Shown here: piece after piece, positions 8,112 through 16,458 of the stretch
Layout: each line of letters starts with the position of its first letter
Position numbering within the stretch: position 1 is the stretch's first letter
NCBI GenBank assembly: GCA_046758965.1
Contig: JBHIBG010000015.1
Coordinates: 1 to 39,884 of the forward strand
Length of the DNA: 39,884 bases
Direction of reading: 5' to 3'
Origin: Candidatus Methylomirabilia bacterium
GTDB lineage: Bacteria > Methylomirabilota > Methylomirabilia > Rokubacteriales > CSP1-6
The notes under the pieces: model-generated
The model's database searches: none
Told to the model about the DNA's origin: nothing
Seen by the model: the letters and a program-made list of their open reading frames with translations, nothing else
Position numbers and translations under genes: made by a program

Positions 8112-10138
8112 GTTCCGACCCGCTCGAGCTGCATGATGCCGAAACGGTCGAGGGCCGCGCGCCAGCCCGGGAAGAGGACCGTGGTGGCGCCAAACTCCTC
8201 GACGATGGCCGGGCCGTCGAAGGTCGCCCCGACTGGGAGGTGCTCGCGCTGATACACGGGGGTCAGGATGAAGCCGTCGCGGAAATAGACCGGACGCTGC
8301 TCAATCCGCGCCTCGGCAAGAGTTTCTGTCTCGCTCTCATACGTCGGGAGCCCGGCCTTGGGGACCAGGCCGTAGGCCGTGAGGCGCACGTTCACGACCT
8401 CCACCTCGCCGCTCTCGTCCGCGTGGCCGAAGGCCTGGAGGTGGCGGGGGTGGAAGTCGCTGGCGGTGCCCGTCGCGGTCATCGCGGCGGGGTCAACGGG
8501 CACGGCCAGCTCGAAGGCCTGCCCGAGGTAGCGGAGATCGAGGGAGCAGGTCACGCGTATGTCGGAGGGGGCGAACCCCTCCCGTCTCAGCCGGGCTTCG
8601 GCGTCGGCCTTCAGCTGGGTGAAGATCTCGCGCAGCGGCTCAACTTCCGAGAGCGGCCCGATCCTGGTCTGGACCAGGTCGTGCTTGATGTCAGAGGCCA
8701 GGAGCCCGAGCGCCGAGACGTTTCCCGGAACGGGAGGGACGAGGATCCGGCGGATTCCGAGTTCCTCAGCCACAGAGATGGCATGCATCGGCCCAGCACC
8801 ACCGAAGGCTACGAGGGTGAACTCTCGCGGGTCGTGACCGCGCTGGATCGTGATCTCCCGGATCGAGGCGGTCATCCGGGCGACCGCGATTCTGATGATC
8901 CCTTCGGCGAGCTGGTGGAGGTCGAGGTTCTGGAGCCTGGCGGCGACCCGCGCGATGGCCTCCCGCGCCAGGGCGGAGTCCAACCGAATCGTACCGCCGA
9001 GGGGCCGGGCCAAGCTGATCCGCCTGAGGAGCAGGTTGGCATCGGTCACCGTGGCCTCGTCACCACCGAGGCCATACGAGGCCGGGCCGGGATGGGCGCC
9101 GGCCGACTGCGGCCCCACCTGCAGCGAGCCGTCCACGTCGACCCAGGCTATACTGCCACCGCCTGCACCCACGCTCCTGAGGTCGACCTGTGGAGTCTTC
9201 ACGGGGAAGGCGGCGATCAGGTTGTCGGTGGTGATCACGGGCGTGAGATCCCGGACCAGACACACATCCGTGCTGGTGCCCCCCATGTCGTAGGTGATGA
9301 GGTTGCGGAGTCCCGCGTGGCGGCCGATGAAGACCGCCTGGCTCACCCCTCCGGCGGGGCCTGAGAACAGCGTCTTGATCGGCAGTTGCCTCGCCGTCTC
9401 GACCGTGAGAACGCCGCCGCTCGAGCCGACGGTCAGGACGCCACTCCGGTACCCCGCGCCGTCCAGCTCACGCTCGAGCGCGTCGAGATAACACGCCATG
9501 AGTGGCTGAAGGTAAGCGTTGAGGACCGTGGTGGAGCAGCGCTCGAACTCACGATACTCCGGGACCACCTCTGAGGAGAGGGAAACCGGACACGCGGGAA
9601 AAGCCTGGCGAATCCACTCGCCCACGCGCTGCTCGTGAGCCGGGTTGGCATAGGAGTGCAGCAGGCAGACCGCGAAGGCCTCCGGCTCCTGCTGCGCCAT
9701 CTCTTCTGAGAGGCGCCGCAGCTCGGCCTGATCCACCGGCTGGAGCACACGCCCATCGTGGAGGATTCGCTCGCCGACCTCGAACCTCAGCGGCCGGGGG
9801 ACGGGGGGCTTGGGCCGGACGAACGTGGGGTTGAAAAGCGCTGGGATGTTCCGCTTCGTCCGGCCGATCTCAATGAGGTCTCTGAACCCCGCAGTGGTGA
9901 CGAGGGCGACTCGGGCCCCCCGCTGCTCCAGGATGGCGTTGGTCCCCACCGTGGTCCCGTGCACAATCCTGCGAACCCGTGGCCCGGCCACGGAGAGCTC
10001 TGCCAGGCCTTTCAGCACGGCACGCCCCTCGTCGCTCGGGATGGAGAGCACCTTGGTCACGCGGACCGCACCGGTCTCCTCCTCGACAGCCGTGACGTCG
10101 GTGAAGGTTCCGCCCACATCGATGCCCAACACGATCAT
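8108..10138 (-). CDS. hyuA: Hydantoinase A / 5-oxoprolinase ATP-binding subunit
   Basis: GIDVGGTFTD, HGTTVGTNAIL, SGPAGGV, DMGGTSTDV, GAGGGSIA, GPQSAGAHPGPASYG, AFGGAGPMH, GPAIVEE motifs. Confidence 0.93.
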   Translation of the reverse strand: MIVLGIDVGGTFTDVTAVEEETGAVRVTKVLSIPSDEGRAVLKGLAELSVAGPRVRRIVHGTTVGTNAILEQRGARVALVTTAGFRDLIEIGRTKRNIPALFNPTFVRPKPPVPRPLRFEVGERILHDGRVLQPVDQAELRRLSEEMAQQEPEAFAVCLLHSYANPAHEQRVGEWIRQAFPACPVSLSSEVVPEYREFERCSTTVLNAYLQPLMACYLDALERELDGAGYRSGVLTVGSSGGVLTVETARQLPIKTLFSGPAGGVSQAVFIGRHAGLRNLITYDMGGTSTDVCLVRDLTPVITTDNLIAAFPVKTPQVDLRSVGAGGGSIAWVDVDGSLQVGPQSAGAHPGPASYGLGGDEATVTDANLLLRRISLARPLGGTIRLDSALAREAIARVAARLQNLDLHQLAEGIIRIAVARMTASIREITIQRGHDPREFTLVAFGGAGPMHAISVAEELGIRRILVPPVPGNVSALGLLASDIKHDLVQTRIGPLSEVEPLREIFTQLKADAEARLRREGFAPSDIRVTCSLDLRYLGQAFELAVPVDPAAMTATGTASDFHPRHLQAFGHADESGEVEVVNVRLTAYGLVPKAGLPTYESETETLAEARIEQRPVYFRDGFILTPVYQREHLPVGATFDGPAIVEEFGATTVLFPGWRAALDRFGIMQLERVGT

Positions 10139-10238
10139 CCGGAATCCCCGCTCCTTACCGGACTTCGCCGGGCGCGAGCGGCCAGAGTCCCGAGGCGACT
10201 TTCGCTCACGCGGGTTTGCGCAATCAGTTGCGATACTA

Positions 10239-10288
10239 TGTGCAGGACGCTGTGCAGAACGCTAGCAGGGGTGAGGCGCGCGTGTCAA
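10239..10288 (-). promoter_or_regulatory. hyuA promoter (TTGACA-18-TAGCGT, extended -10) overlapped by a 12-bp tandem repeat
   Basis: TGTCAA 10283-10288 and ACGCTA 10259-10264 on +; TGTGCAGGACGC/TGTGCAGAACGC at 10239-10262. Confidence 0.6.
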
Positions 10289-10338
10289 GGCCACTGGCGA
10301 CCGCCGCACTTTTTGGTCATGCGTCACCCGTTTGCAAA

Positions 10339-10367
10339 TTGACAAGCGCATCATCAGTTTTTAGTAT
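10339..10367 (+). promoter_or_regulatory. sigma70 promoter TTGACA-17-TAGTAT
   Basis: TTGACA 10339-10344, TAGTAT 10362-10367; palindrome TTTGCAAA directly upstream (10331-10338). Confidence 0.75.
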
Positions 10368-10456
10368 GAGTGAGGACATTTCGTTATGCCGGTCTTCTGG
10401 TAGACCCGCTGCCGAGAGCCGACCAACCGGAGACAGAAAGAAGAGGGAGAACCTGT

Positions 10457-10729
10457 ATGGCCAAGCTCAGAGCTGACGCGTTCGTGAGATCTGTGAGGAG
10501 CCTGCTTGCCGAAAGACAGGCCGTCGCGCTGAAGGAGAAGGATCTAGTCAGTAGCCTGAATGCCGTGTTGAACAAGATTGGGTATCAGGTAGTCGGGCTC
10601 GACGCGAGGGCTCGGGCCGGCAAGGCGGGACGGCCCGCGAAGCGGGCTCGGCGGAGTCGCGGCCGCAGGCCGGGGAGGCCGCCGACGGTGCGGGCGAGGC
10701 GGCGGGCCCGGGGTCGGAAGAAACGGTAG
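10457..10729 (+). CDS. Small, very basic protein (90 aa) with N-terminal amphipathic helix and AT-hook-like tail; candidate nucleoid-associated protein
   Basis: GAGGGAG SD before ATG10457; own strong promoter; tail AGRPAKRARRSRGRRPGRPPTVRARRRARGRKKR. Confidence 0.75.
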   Translation: MAKLRADAFVRSVRSLLAERQAVALKEKDLVSSLNAVLNKIGYQVVGLDARARAGKAGRPAKRARRSRGRRPGRPPTVRARRRARGRKKR

Positions 10730-11197
10730 CGCCCGGCTGACTCTCACTTTGCCACACCGGATTCGCCTCCCACCACGATCCGGAAGTCCATGACGCCGTA
10801 GCGTGCCGGAGCAGCAACCGCTCTGCTCCGGCGTCGGGCTGGCTCTCCTTGCGGTCGACGATGCCCACCAGAGTGGGGACGGTATCCAAGCCCATCACAC
10901 GCCCAAGATTAGTTGCCCGGCCCGGGGACGGCGGGTGGTCTGGAGGCGCTCCTCACCTCCGGACCTCTCAGCGCCCTTGCCAGTGAAGCTGGTGGCCAGG
11001 GGGAGCCAGCCGAAGGAGGGGGTCTCTAGATCGGGAACCCCCTCAGGCTGGCCGTCAGGCGTGGCGAGGAGCAGGTAGGCCTCACGCTGGGGTCCCCGGG
11101 GGCCCAGATTGGCTTAACAGGGGGGCCGGAACAAACGATGGACTGTGAGGGCTGTATTAGGGTTGCCTGGGAATCTCGGGCGGTGCCACAAAAGCCC

Positions 11198-11227
11198 TTG
11201 ACAAATTAGGGATTCCTCGTGTACTGT
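11198..11227 (+). promoter_or_regulatory. TRAP operon promoter TTGACA-18-TACTGT
   Basis: TTGACA 11198-11203, TACTGT 11222-11227; SD AAGGAG 11269-11274 before ATG11283. Confidence 0.6.
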
Positions 11228-11282
11228 ACGCGCCGCGTCCCACCGGCCGAGAGGTACCACCTTAAGGAAAGGAGCAAGGGTT

Positions 11283-12431
11283 ATGAGTGATACGACAAAA
11301 CCCACAGAAGGCACCCAAGGATCACGCCGCAGCTTTCTGAAGAAAGCAGCGGTCGCCGCCACGGCGGCCGGCGCGGCAACGATAGGCTTCCCGATGGTCT
11401 CCAGAGCCAAGACCGTCACCTTGAAGATGCAGGGCGCCTGGGGCGGGAAGGACATCTTCAACGATATGGCCGTGGAGTACGTCGATCGGGTCAACGCGAT
11501 GGCGGGCGGCCGGCTGAAGATCAACTACCTGATCTCCGGCGCGGTGGTCAAGGCGTTCCGCGTGCAAGACGCCGTTCACAAAGGCGTGCTTGACGGCGGG
11601 CACGGGGTGACGGTGTACTGGTACGGCAAAAGCAAGGTGGCGTCACTGTTCGGCACGGGACCGGTCTTTGGCCAGAGCGCCCACCACGGGCTGGCCTGGA
11701 TTTATAGGGGCGGCGGCCAGCAGCTCTATGACGAGCTCATCGAGAAGCTGGGGATCAACACCGTCGGCTTCTTCGCCATGCCGATGCCGACGCAGCCGCT
11801 CGGGTGGTTCAAAAAGCCGATCAGGAGCGCCGACGATATGATAGGCCTGAAGTACCGCACCGTCGGCCTCGCGGCCGACCTGATGCAGGAGATGGGCCTC
11901 AAGGTGACCCAGCTGCCCGGGGGAGAGATCGTCCCGGCTCTGGAACGGGGCGTGATCGAGGCGTTCGAGTTCAACAACCCGACCTCTGATAAGAGCTTTG
12001 GCGCCCAGGACGTGAGCAAGGTCTACATGTTGGGGAGCTACCATCAGGCGGCGGAGTTCTTCGAGATCATCTTCAACAAGGACAAGTACAACTCCCTGCC
12101 CAAGGAGCACCAGGCGATCCTGAAGCACGCCGCGGAGGCGGCATCCTCGAGCAACTTCTTCTTGGGGATGGAGCGCTACTCTAACGACCTCCAGTGGCTG
12201 AAGAACAAGGCAGGCGTCAAGATCTACCGGACGCCCCAGTCGGTCATGAACAAGCAGCTCCAGGCCTGGGACGTGATGATCGAACGGTTGGAGAACGCAG
12301 ATCCGTTCTTCAAGAAGGTCCTAAAGTCGCAGAAGGAATTTGCTCACCGCGTTGCGTATTACGAGCTCCTCAACTCGGCCGACTACAAGCTTGCCTTCGA
12401 GCACTACTTCCCTGGCGAGCTCGGCTTCTAA
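11283..12431 (+). CDS. dctP: TRAP transporter substrate-binding protein (TakP-like), Tat-exported
   Basis: Twin-arginine SRRSFLKK signal; GGRLKI, GWFKKPI, GLKYR, LPGGEIVPALERGVIEAFEF motifs. Confidence 0.92.
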   Translation: MSDTTKPTEGTQGSRRSFLKKAAVAATAAGAATIGFPMVSRAKTVTLKMQGAWGGKDIFNDMAVEYVDRVNAMAGGRLKINYLISGAVVKAFRVQDAVHKGVLDGGHGVTVYWYGKSKVASLFGTGPVFGQSAHHGLAWIYRGGGQQLYDELIEKLGINTVGFFAMPMPTQPLGWFKKPIRSADDMIGLKYRTVGLAADLMQEMGLKVTQLPGGEIVPALERGVIEAFEFNNPTSDKSFGAQDVSKVYMLGSYHQAAEFFEIIFNKDKYNSLPKEHQAILKHAAEAASSSNFFLGMERYSNDLQWLKNKAGVKIYRTPQSVMNKQLQAWDVMIERLENADPFFKKVLKSQKEFAHRVAYYELLNSADYKLAFEHYFPGELGF

Positions 12432-12469
12432 CCAACCGGTCCATCGGTGACCCAAGCGGCCTGGCTTGG

Positions 12470-12500
12470 CGGGGCGGCGCTTGCGAGCGCCGCCCCGTTT
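12470..12500 (+). terminator. 12-bp stem-loop after dctP (partial terminator or mRNA-stabilising hairpin)
   Basis: CGGGGCGGCGCT-TGCG-AGCGCCGCCCCG followed by TTT. Confidence 0.65.
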
Positions 12501-12540
12501 GCATGAGCCCAGGCAGAAGTCTTGTCCCGAGGATGCGGAT

Positions 12541-13155
12541 ATGAATCGGATCCTTTTTTCTATCGACAGATTTAGCATGTGGGTGGGGCATGCCTTCGCC
12601 TGGTGCATCCTAGTCCTCACCTTCGCGACCAGTTACGAGGTCTTCGTCCGCTACGTGCTGAGAGATCCAACCGCGTGGGCGTTTGACATCAGCTACATCA
12701 TGTACGGGACCTTGTTCATGATGGCGGGGGCCTATACCCTGTCCCGCGACGGTCATGTGCGCGGGGATGTGGTGTATCGGCTCTGGCCTCCCCGCGTTCA
12801 GGCGGCGATCGAGTTTGTGCTCTATCTCGTGTTCTTCTTCCCCGGGGTGCTGGCGCTGATCTACGCCGGCATGGACTACGCGGGCGAGTCCTGGGGGTGG
12901 CGGGAAGCCAGCATCAACAGCCCCGCGGGAGTGCCCGTCTATCCCTTGAAAATGATCCTTCCCGTTGCCTCATTCGTGCTACTGCTGCAAGGGATCGCGC
13001 AAACCATCCGCTGCGTCCTGTGCATGAAAGAGGGGAAGTGGCCTCAGCGCCTCCATGATGTGGAGGAAATGGAAACGCTGATCCGGCAAAAACGGGAGCA
13101 GGCGGCGAAAGCGACGGCTCCGGAGGGCGGCGAGACCGGGAGAGACGCGACATGA
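12541..13155 (+). CDS. dctQ: TRAP transporter small permease
   Basis: YEVFVRYVL.DPTAWAFD, GAYTLSRDGHVRGD, four TM helices; start taken as ATG12541. Confidence 0.9.
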   Translation: MNRILFSIDRFSMWVGHAFAWCILVLTFATSYEVFVRYVLRDPTAWAFDISYIMYGTLFMMAGAYTLSRDGHVRGDVVYRLWPPRVQAAIEFVLYLVFFFPGVLALIYAGMDYAGESWGWREASINSPAGVPVYPLKMILPVASFVLLLQGIAQTIRCVLCMKEGKWPQRLHDVEEMETLIRQKREQAAKATAPEGGETGRDAT

Positions 13156-14507
13156 CCGATCCTCAAGTCGCGATGCTGATGCTCGGGTCCTTCATCTTCA
13201 TCATTCTCCTGGGCTACCCCATTTGCTTCACGCTGGTCGCGATGGGCGTGGGCTTCGGCTATTACGCCTACGCGACACCCGACCAGATCAATCATATCTT
13301 GGACAACCGGGTCTTCGACCTGCTGGTGAACCAGACATACTCTGTGATGGTGAACGACGTGCTGGTTGCGGTGCCGCTGTTCCTGTTCATGGGGTATATG
13401 GTCGAGCGCGCCAACATCGTGGATCGGCTGTTTTACAGCCTGAATATCGCGGCCCGCCGTGTGCCCGCGTCCATGGCGGTCGCGGCGCTGGCGACCTGCG
13501 CGATCTTTGCGACCGCCGTCGGCATTGTCGGCGCGGTGGTGACGTTGATGGGATTGCTGGCCTTCCCGGCCTTGCTGAAGGCCGGGTACGACACCGAGTT
13601 TTCCGCCGGGGTCATCTGCGCGGGCGGTTGCCTCGGCATTCTCATTCCGCCTAGCATCATGCTGATCGTCTATGCGGCGACGTCCGGCGTCTCCGTGGTC
13701 AAGCTGTACGCCGGAGCAATCCTCCCCGGATTCATGCTGGCCGGCCTCTATATTATCTATGTGATGGGACGGGCGTTCCTCAACCCGCGCCTGGCGCCGA
13801 AGCCCCCTAGGGAGCAGTGGGATATACCCTTCGCACAGCTGATCTATATGCTCCTGACCTCGTTCATTCCGCTGGCCGTCCTGATCCTGTCGGTTCTGGG
13901 CGCCATTCTGTTCGGTTTGGCGACACCGTCAGAGGCGGCGGCGGTGGGCGCCTTGGGCAGCCTGGTCTTGGCTCTCGCCTATCGCGAGCTCTCGTGGGGA
14001 CGCCTGAAAGAGTCGGTGTTCCTAACGGTGCGCACCTCGGCGATGGTGTGCTGGCTATTCGTCGGCTCCTGGACCTTCGCCTCGGTGTTTTCCTACCTCG
14101 GCGGCCATTCCATGATCGAGGAATTTGTGCTGAGTATGAACCTGTCGCCCGTCCTGTTTCTCATCCTGGCGCAGTTCATCATCTTCTTGCTGGGCTGGCC
14201 GTTGGAGTGGAGCGAGATCATCATCATCTTCGTGCCGATCTTCCTGCCGCTGCTGGACAACTTTGGCGTCGACCCGCTGTTCTTCGGGATCCTGGTGGCG
14301 CTGAACTTACAAACCTCGTTCCTGACGCCGCCGATGGCGATGTCGTGCTATTACCTGAAGGGCATCGCGCCGCCGCACGTCCAGCTCGCGCAGATCTTCC
14401 GCGGATGCATGCCGTTCCTGCTTATGGTGCTTATCGCCATGGTGCTGCTCTACAATTTCGGTTGGCTCGCGCTGTGGCTGCCTGACTACATCTACAGCGT
14501 CAGATAG
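13152..14507 (+). CDS. dctM: TRAP transporter large permease
   Basis: AVPLFLFMG, GGCLGILIPPSIMLIVY, ATPSEAAAVG, QTSFLTPPMA motifs; ATGA overlap. Confidence 0.93.
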   Translation: MTDPQVAMLMLGSFIFIILLGYPICFTLVAMGVGFGYYAYATPDQINHILDNRVFDLLVNQTYSVMVNDVLVAVPLFLFMGYMVERANIVDRLFYSLNIAARRVPASMAVAALATCAIFATAVGIVGAVVTLMGLLAFPALLKAGYDTEFSAGVICAGGCLGILIPPSIMLIVYAATSGVSVVKLYAGAILPGFMLAGLYIIYVMGRAFLNPRLAPKPPREQWDIPFAQLIYMLLTSFIPLAVLILSVLGAILFGLATPSEAAAVGALGSLVLALAYRELSWGRLKESVFLTVRTSAMVCWLFVGSWTFASVFSYLGGHSMIEEFVLSMNLSPVLFLILAQFIIFLLGWPLEWSEIIIIFVPIFLPLLDNFGVDPLFFGILVALNLQTSFLTPPMAMSCYYLKGIAPPHVQLAQIFRGCMPFLLMVLIAMVLLYNFGWLALWLPDYIYSVR

Positions 14508-14522
14508 CGACAGGAGGGGGCG

Positions 14523-15848
14523 ATGGGCTTAGTTGAGATGAGCGCCGCGGAGGCGGCAGAGGCAATTCGGGCCGGCAAGGTAGCATCAGAAGAGCTGGTG
14601 AGCGCCTGCCTTGAGCAGATCGCTACGCTCGAGGAACGGGTGAGCGCGTGGACCCACCTGGACCGCGACCATGCCCTGCAACAGGCACGCGACGCCGACC
14701 TGGCGCAGCGCGAAGGCAGGGCCCTGGGCCCCCTCCACGGTATACCGATCGGCATCAAGGATATCTTCGACACCATGGACCTGCCAACCGAGGACGGCAC
14801 GGTTCTGCACGCCGGGCGCAGGCCGACGGAGGATGCGACCGCGGTGTCCCTGCTGCGCGAGGCGGGCGCGATCATCATGGGGAAGACCGTGACGACGGAG
14901 CTTGCGGTGTTTTCGCCGGGCAAGACCAGGAATCCCCATGACCCCGCGCGCACGCCTGGCGGCTCTTCGAGCGGGTCGGCGGCGGCTGTTGCGGCGTTCA
15001 TGGTGCCGCTGGCCATCGGTACACAGACCAACGGATCGGTCATCCGTCCGGCGTCCTACTGCGGGGTCTACGGGTACAAGCCGACCCACGGCCTCATTTC
15101 CCGACATCGGATTCTCCAGCTGTCGCGGCTTCTGGACCACGTTGGGGTGTTTGCGCGCACGATCGAGGATGTCGCGCTGATCGCAGAGCAGCTGATGGCT
15201 TTCGACGACCGCGATCCCGACACCCGGCCGCAGGTACGCCCCAAGCTCGTCGAGACTGTGGCCCAGGAGCCCCCGGTCACTCCGCACCTGGCTTTCGTCA
15301 AGACGCCGGTGTGGGACCGAGCCGCCGAGGATACGAAAGAGGCGTTTCGGGAGTTGGTGGAGCGCCTTGGCGAGAACGTCGGGGAGATCGAGCTCCCGGA
15401 TATTTTCATGGATGCGTTCGCGTGGCATGGCACGATCATGGAGGCGGATCTCGCCAGAAGCTTCGAACGTGAATATGAACGCGGCAAAGACAAGCTCAGC
15501 TCTATCCTTCGGGAGATGATCGAGCGTGGGCAGAAGCATCTGGCCGTGGATTATAACCGCGCAGTGGGCCAGATCGCGGTCTTGAATAGCCTTCTAGCTG
15601 TAATTTTCGAGCGGTATGATGCCATTCTCACGCCAGCGGCTACCGGTGAGGCTCCGCTTGGCTTGGGCTCGACTGGCAGCCCAATTTTTTGTACGATCTG
15701 GACGCTATGCGGAATGCCGGCGGTGAGCCTTCCGCTCATGCAGGGCGCACACGGCATGCCGATGGGGGCGCAGCTGGTAGCGCCCAGAGAGGGCGACGCC
15801 CGGCTGTTGCGAACAGCCCGCTGGCTCGTGAACCTCGCTGGCAAGTAA
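14523..15848 (+). CDS. Amidase-signature family amidase
   Basis: GPLHGIPIGIKD (catalytic K), TPGGSSSGSAAAVA, GTQTNGSVIRPASYCG; SD AGGAGG. Confidence 0.92.
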   Translation: MGLVEMSAAEAAEAIRAGKVASEELVSACLEQIATLEERVSAWTHLDRDHALQQARDADLAQREGRALGPLHGIPIGIKDIFDTMDLPTEDGTVLHAGRRPTEDATAVSLLREAGAIIMGKTVTTELAVFSPGKTRNPHDPARTPGGSSSGSAAAVAAFMVPLAIGTQTNGSVIRPASYCGVYGYKPTHGLISRHRILQLSRLLDHVGVFARTIEDVALIAEQLMAFDDRDPDTRPQVRPKLVETVAQEPPVTPHLAFVKTPVWDRAAEDTKEAFRELVERLGENVGEIELPDIFMDAFAWHGTIMEADLARSFEREYERGKDKLSSILREMIERGQKHLAVDYNRAVGQIAVLNSLLAVIFERYDAILTPAATGEAPLGLGSTGSPIFCTIWTLCGMPAVSLPLMQGAHGMPMGAQLVAPREGDARLLRTARWLVNLAGK

Positions 15849-15956
15849 CAGCTCTCGGTGGCTACCAGTCCCGCGATCGGGGCGGGGACAGGTTTCGAGT
15901 CGTCAGCGTGTCCCGAAAGGCGATGAGAGAGGCATTGAAGGAGGCATCGGGATCTC

Positions 15957-16133
15957 GTGGGCAATCTCGTCAGCGGGTTGATCGCACTTTCGATGGTTGT
16001 TGTGTTCTTGGGTTTTTACGCCGTAACGTTACGTTCTGTTGCACTTTGGATCATAATCGTCGCTATCCTCGGCCTGGTAGTGGTCGACTTTGTCCAATCT
16101 GTAAGAAAACCCAAGAGCCAAAGCGGGGATTGA
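15957..16133 (+). CDS. Small two-TM membrane protein (58 aa)
   Basis: AAGGAGG at 15938-15944; GTG15957..TGA16133 = MGNLVSGLIALSMVVVFLGFYAVTLRSVALWIIIVAILGLVVVDFVQSVRKPKSQSGD; absent from the ORF track. Confidence 0.72.
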   Translation: MGNLVSGLIALSMVVVFLGFYAVTLRSVALWIIIVAILGLVVVDFVQSVRKPKSQSGD

Positions 16134-16228
16134 TCCCCCAGGTGGCTCCGCTCCGTGCGATGCAACCGACCAGGGGCGCTGCTTGCGGAAGGGCCAGGAT
16201 GCCGGGGGGGGGGCGGTCCAGAAGTGGC

Positions 16229-16257
16229 TTGACTCGCCGCTGCTTGCCGCATAGACT
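16229..16257 (+). promoter_or_regulatory. sigma70 promoter TTGACT-17-TAGACT
   Basis: TTGACT 16229-16234, TAGACT 16252-16257; implies a leader of about 195 nt before ATG16459. Confidence 0.65.
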
Positions 16258-16458
16258 TCAAACTCACTCAAGCTCAGGCGGTAGCCGAGGGGGGTAAGCA
16301 ACCCAGCGGGGAGGCTGGGGCCCGAGGCCCTGTGGCGGCAATCTGGCCTGAAAGGAGGTGTGTTCTCTCAAACACGAACCCAACGTCAAGAGTTGTTTCG
16401 AATCGCGCGCGGGCTGGTGTGAGCGCGTGGCGCGATGAGTTGCAAAAGGAGGCGAACA

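Noticed and set aside
10750..11110. RNase P RNA, tmRNA or SRP RNA
   Set aside because: Signature sequences (GAGGAAAGTCC, tRNA-like ends, SRP GGAA loop context) not found on either strand
14523..15848. gatA (Glu-tRNA amidotransferase subunit A)
   Set aside because: No gatB/gatC; GTQTNGS variant and TRAP context indicate a catabolic amidase
15689..16297. 202-aa ORF from the track
   Set aside because: Overlaps the amidase, has low-complexity Arg/Gly composition, and the 58-aa ORF with SD in another frame explains the region better
16274..16351. SAM-I riboswitch (GAGGG...GGCCCTGTG...CGGCAA resemblance)
   Set aside because: Lacks the ATC-AGAG P1/J1-2 and GTGCC-A P3 elements, and downstream genes are not sulfur metabolism; kept only as an unknown structured leader
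16428..16444. sigma54 promoter TGGCGC...TTGCA
   Set aside because: GG-to-GC spacing is 11 rather than 10, and it abuts the SD
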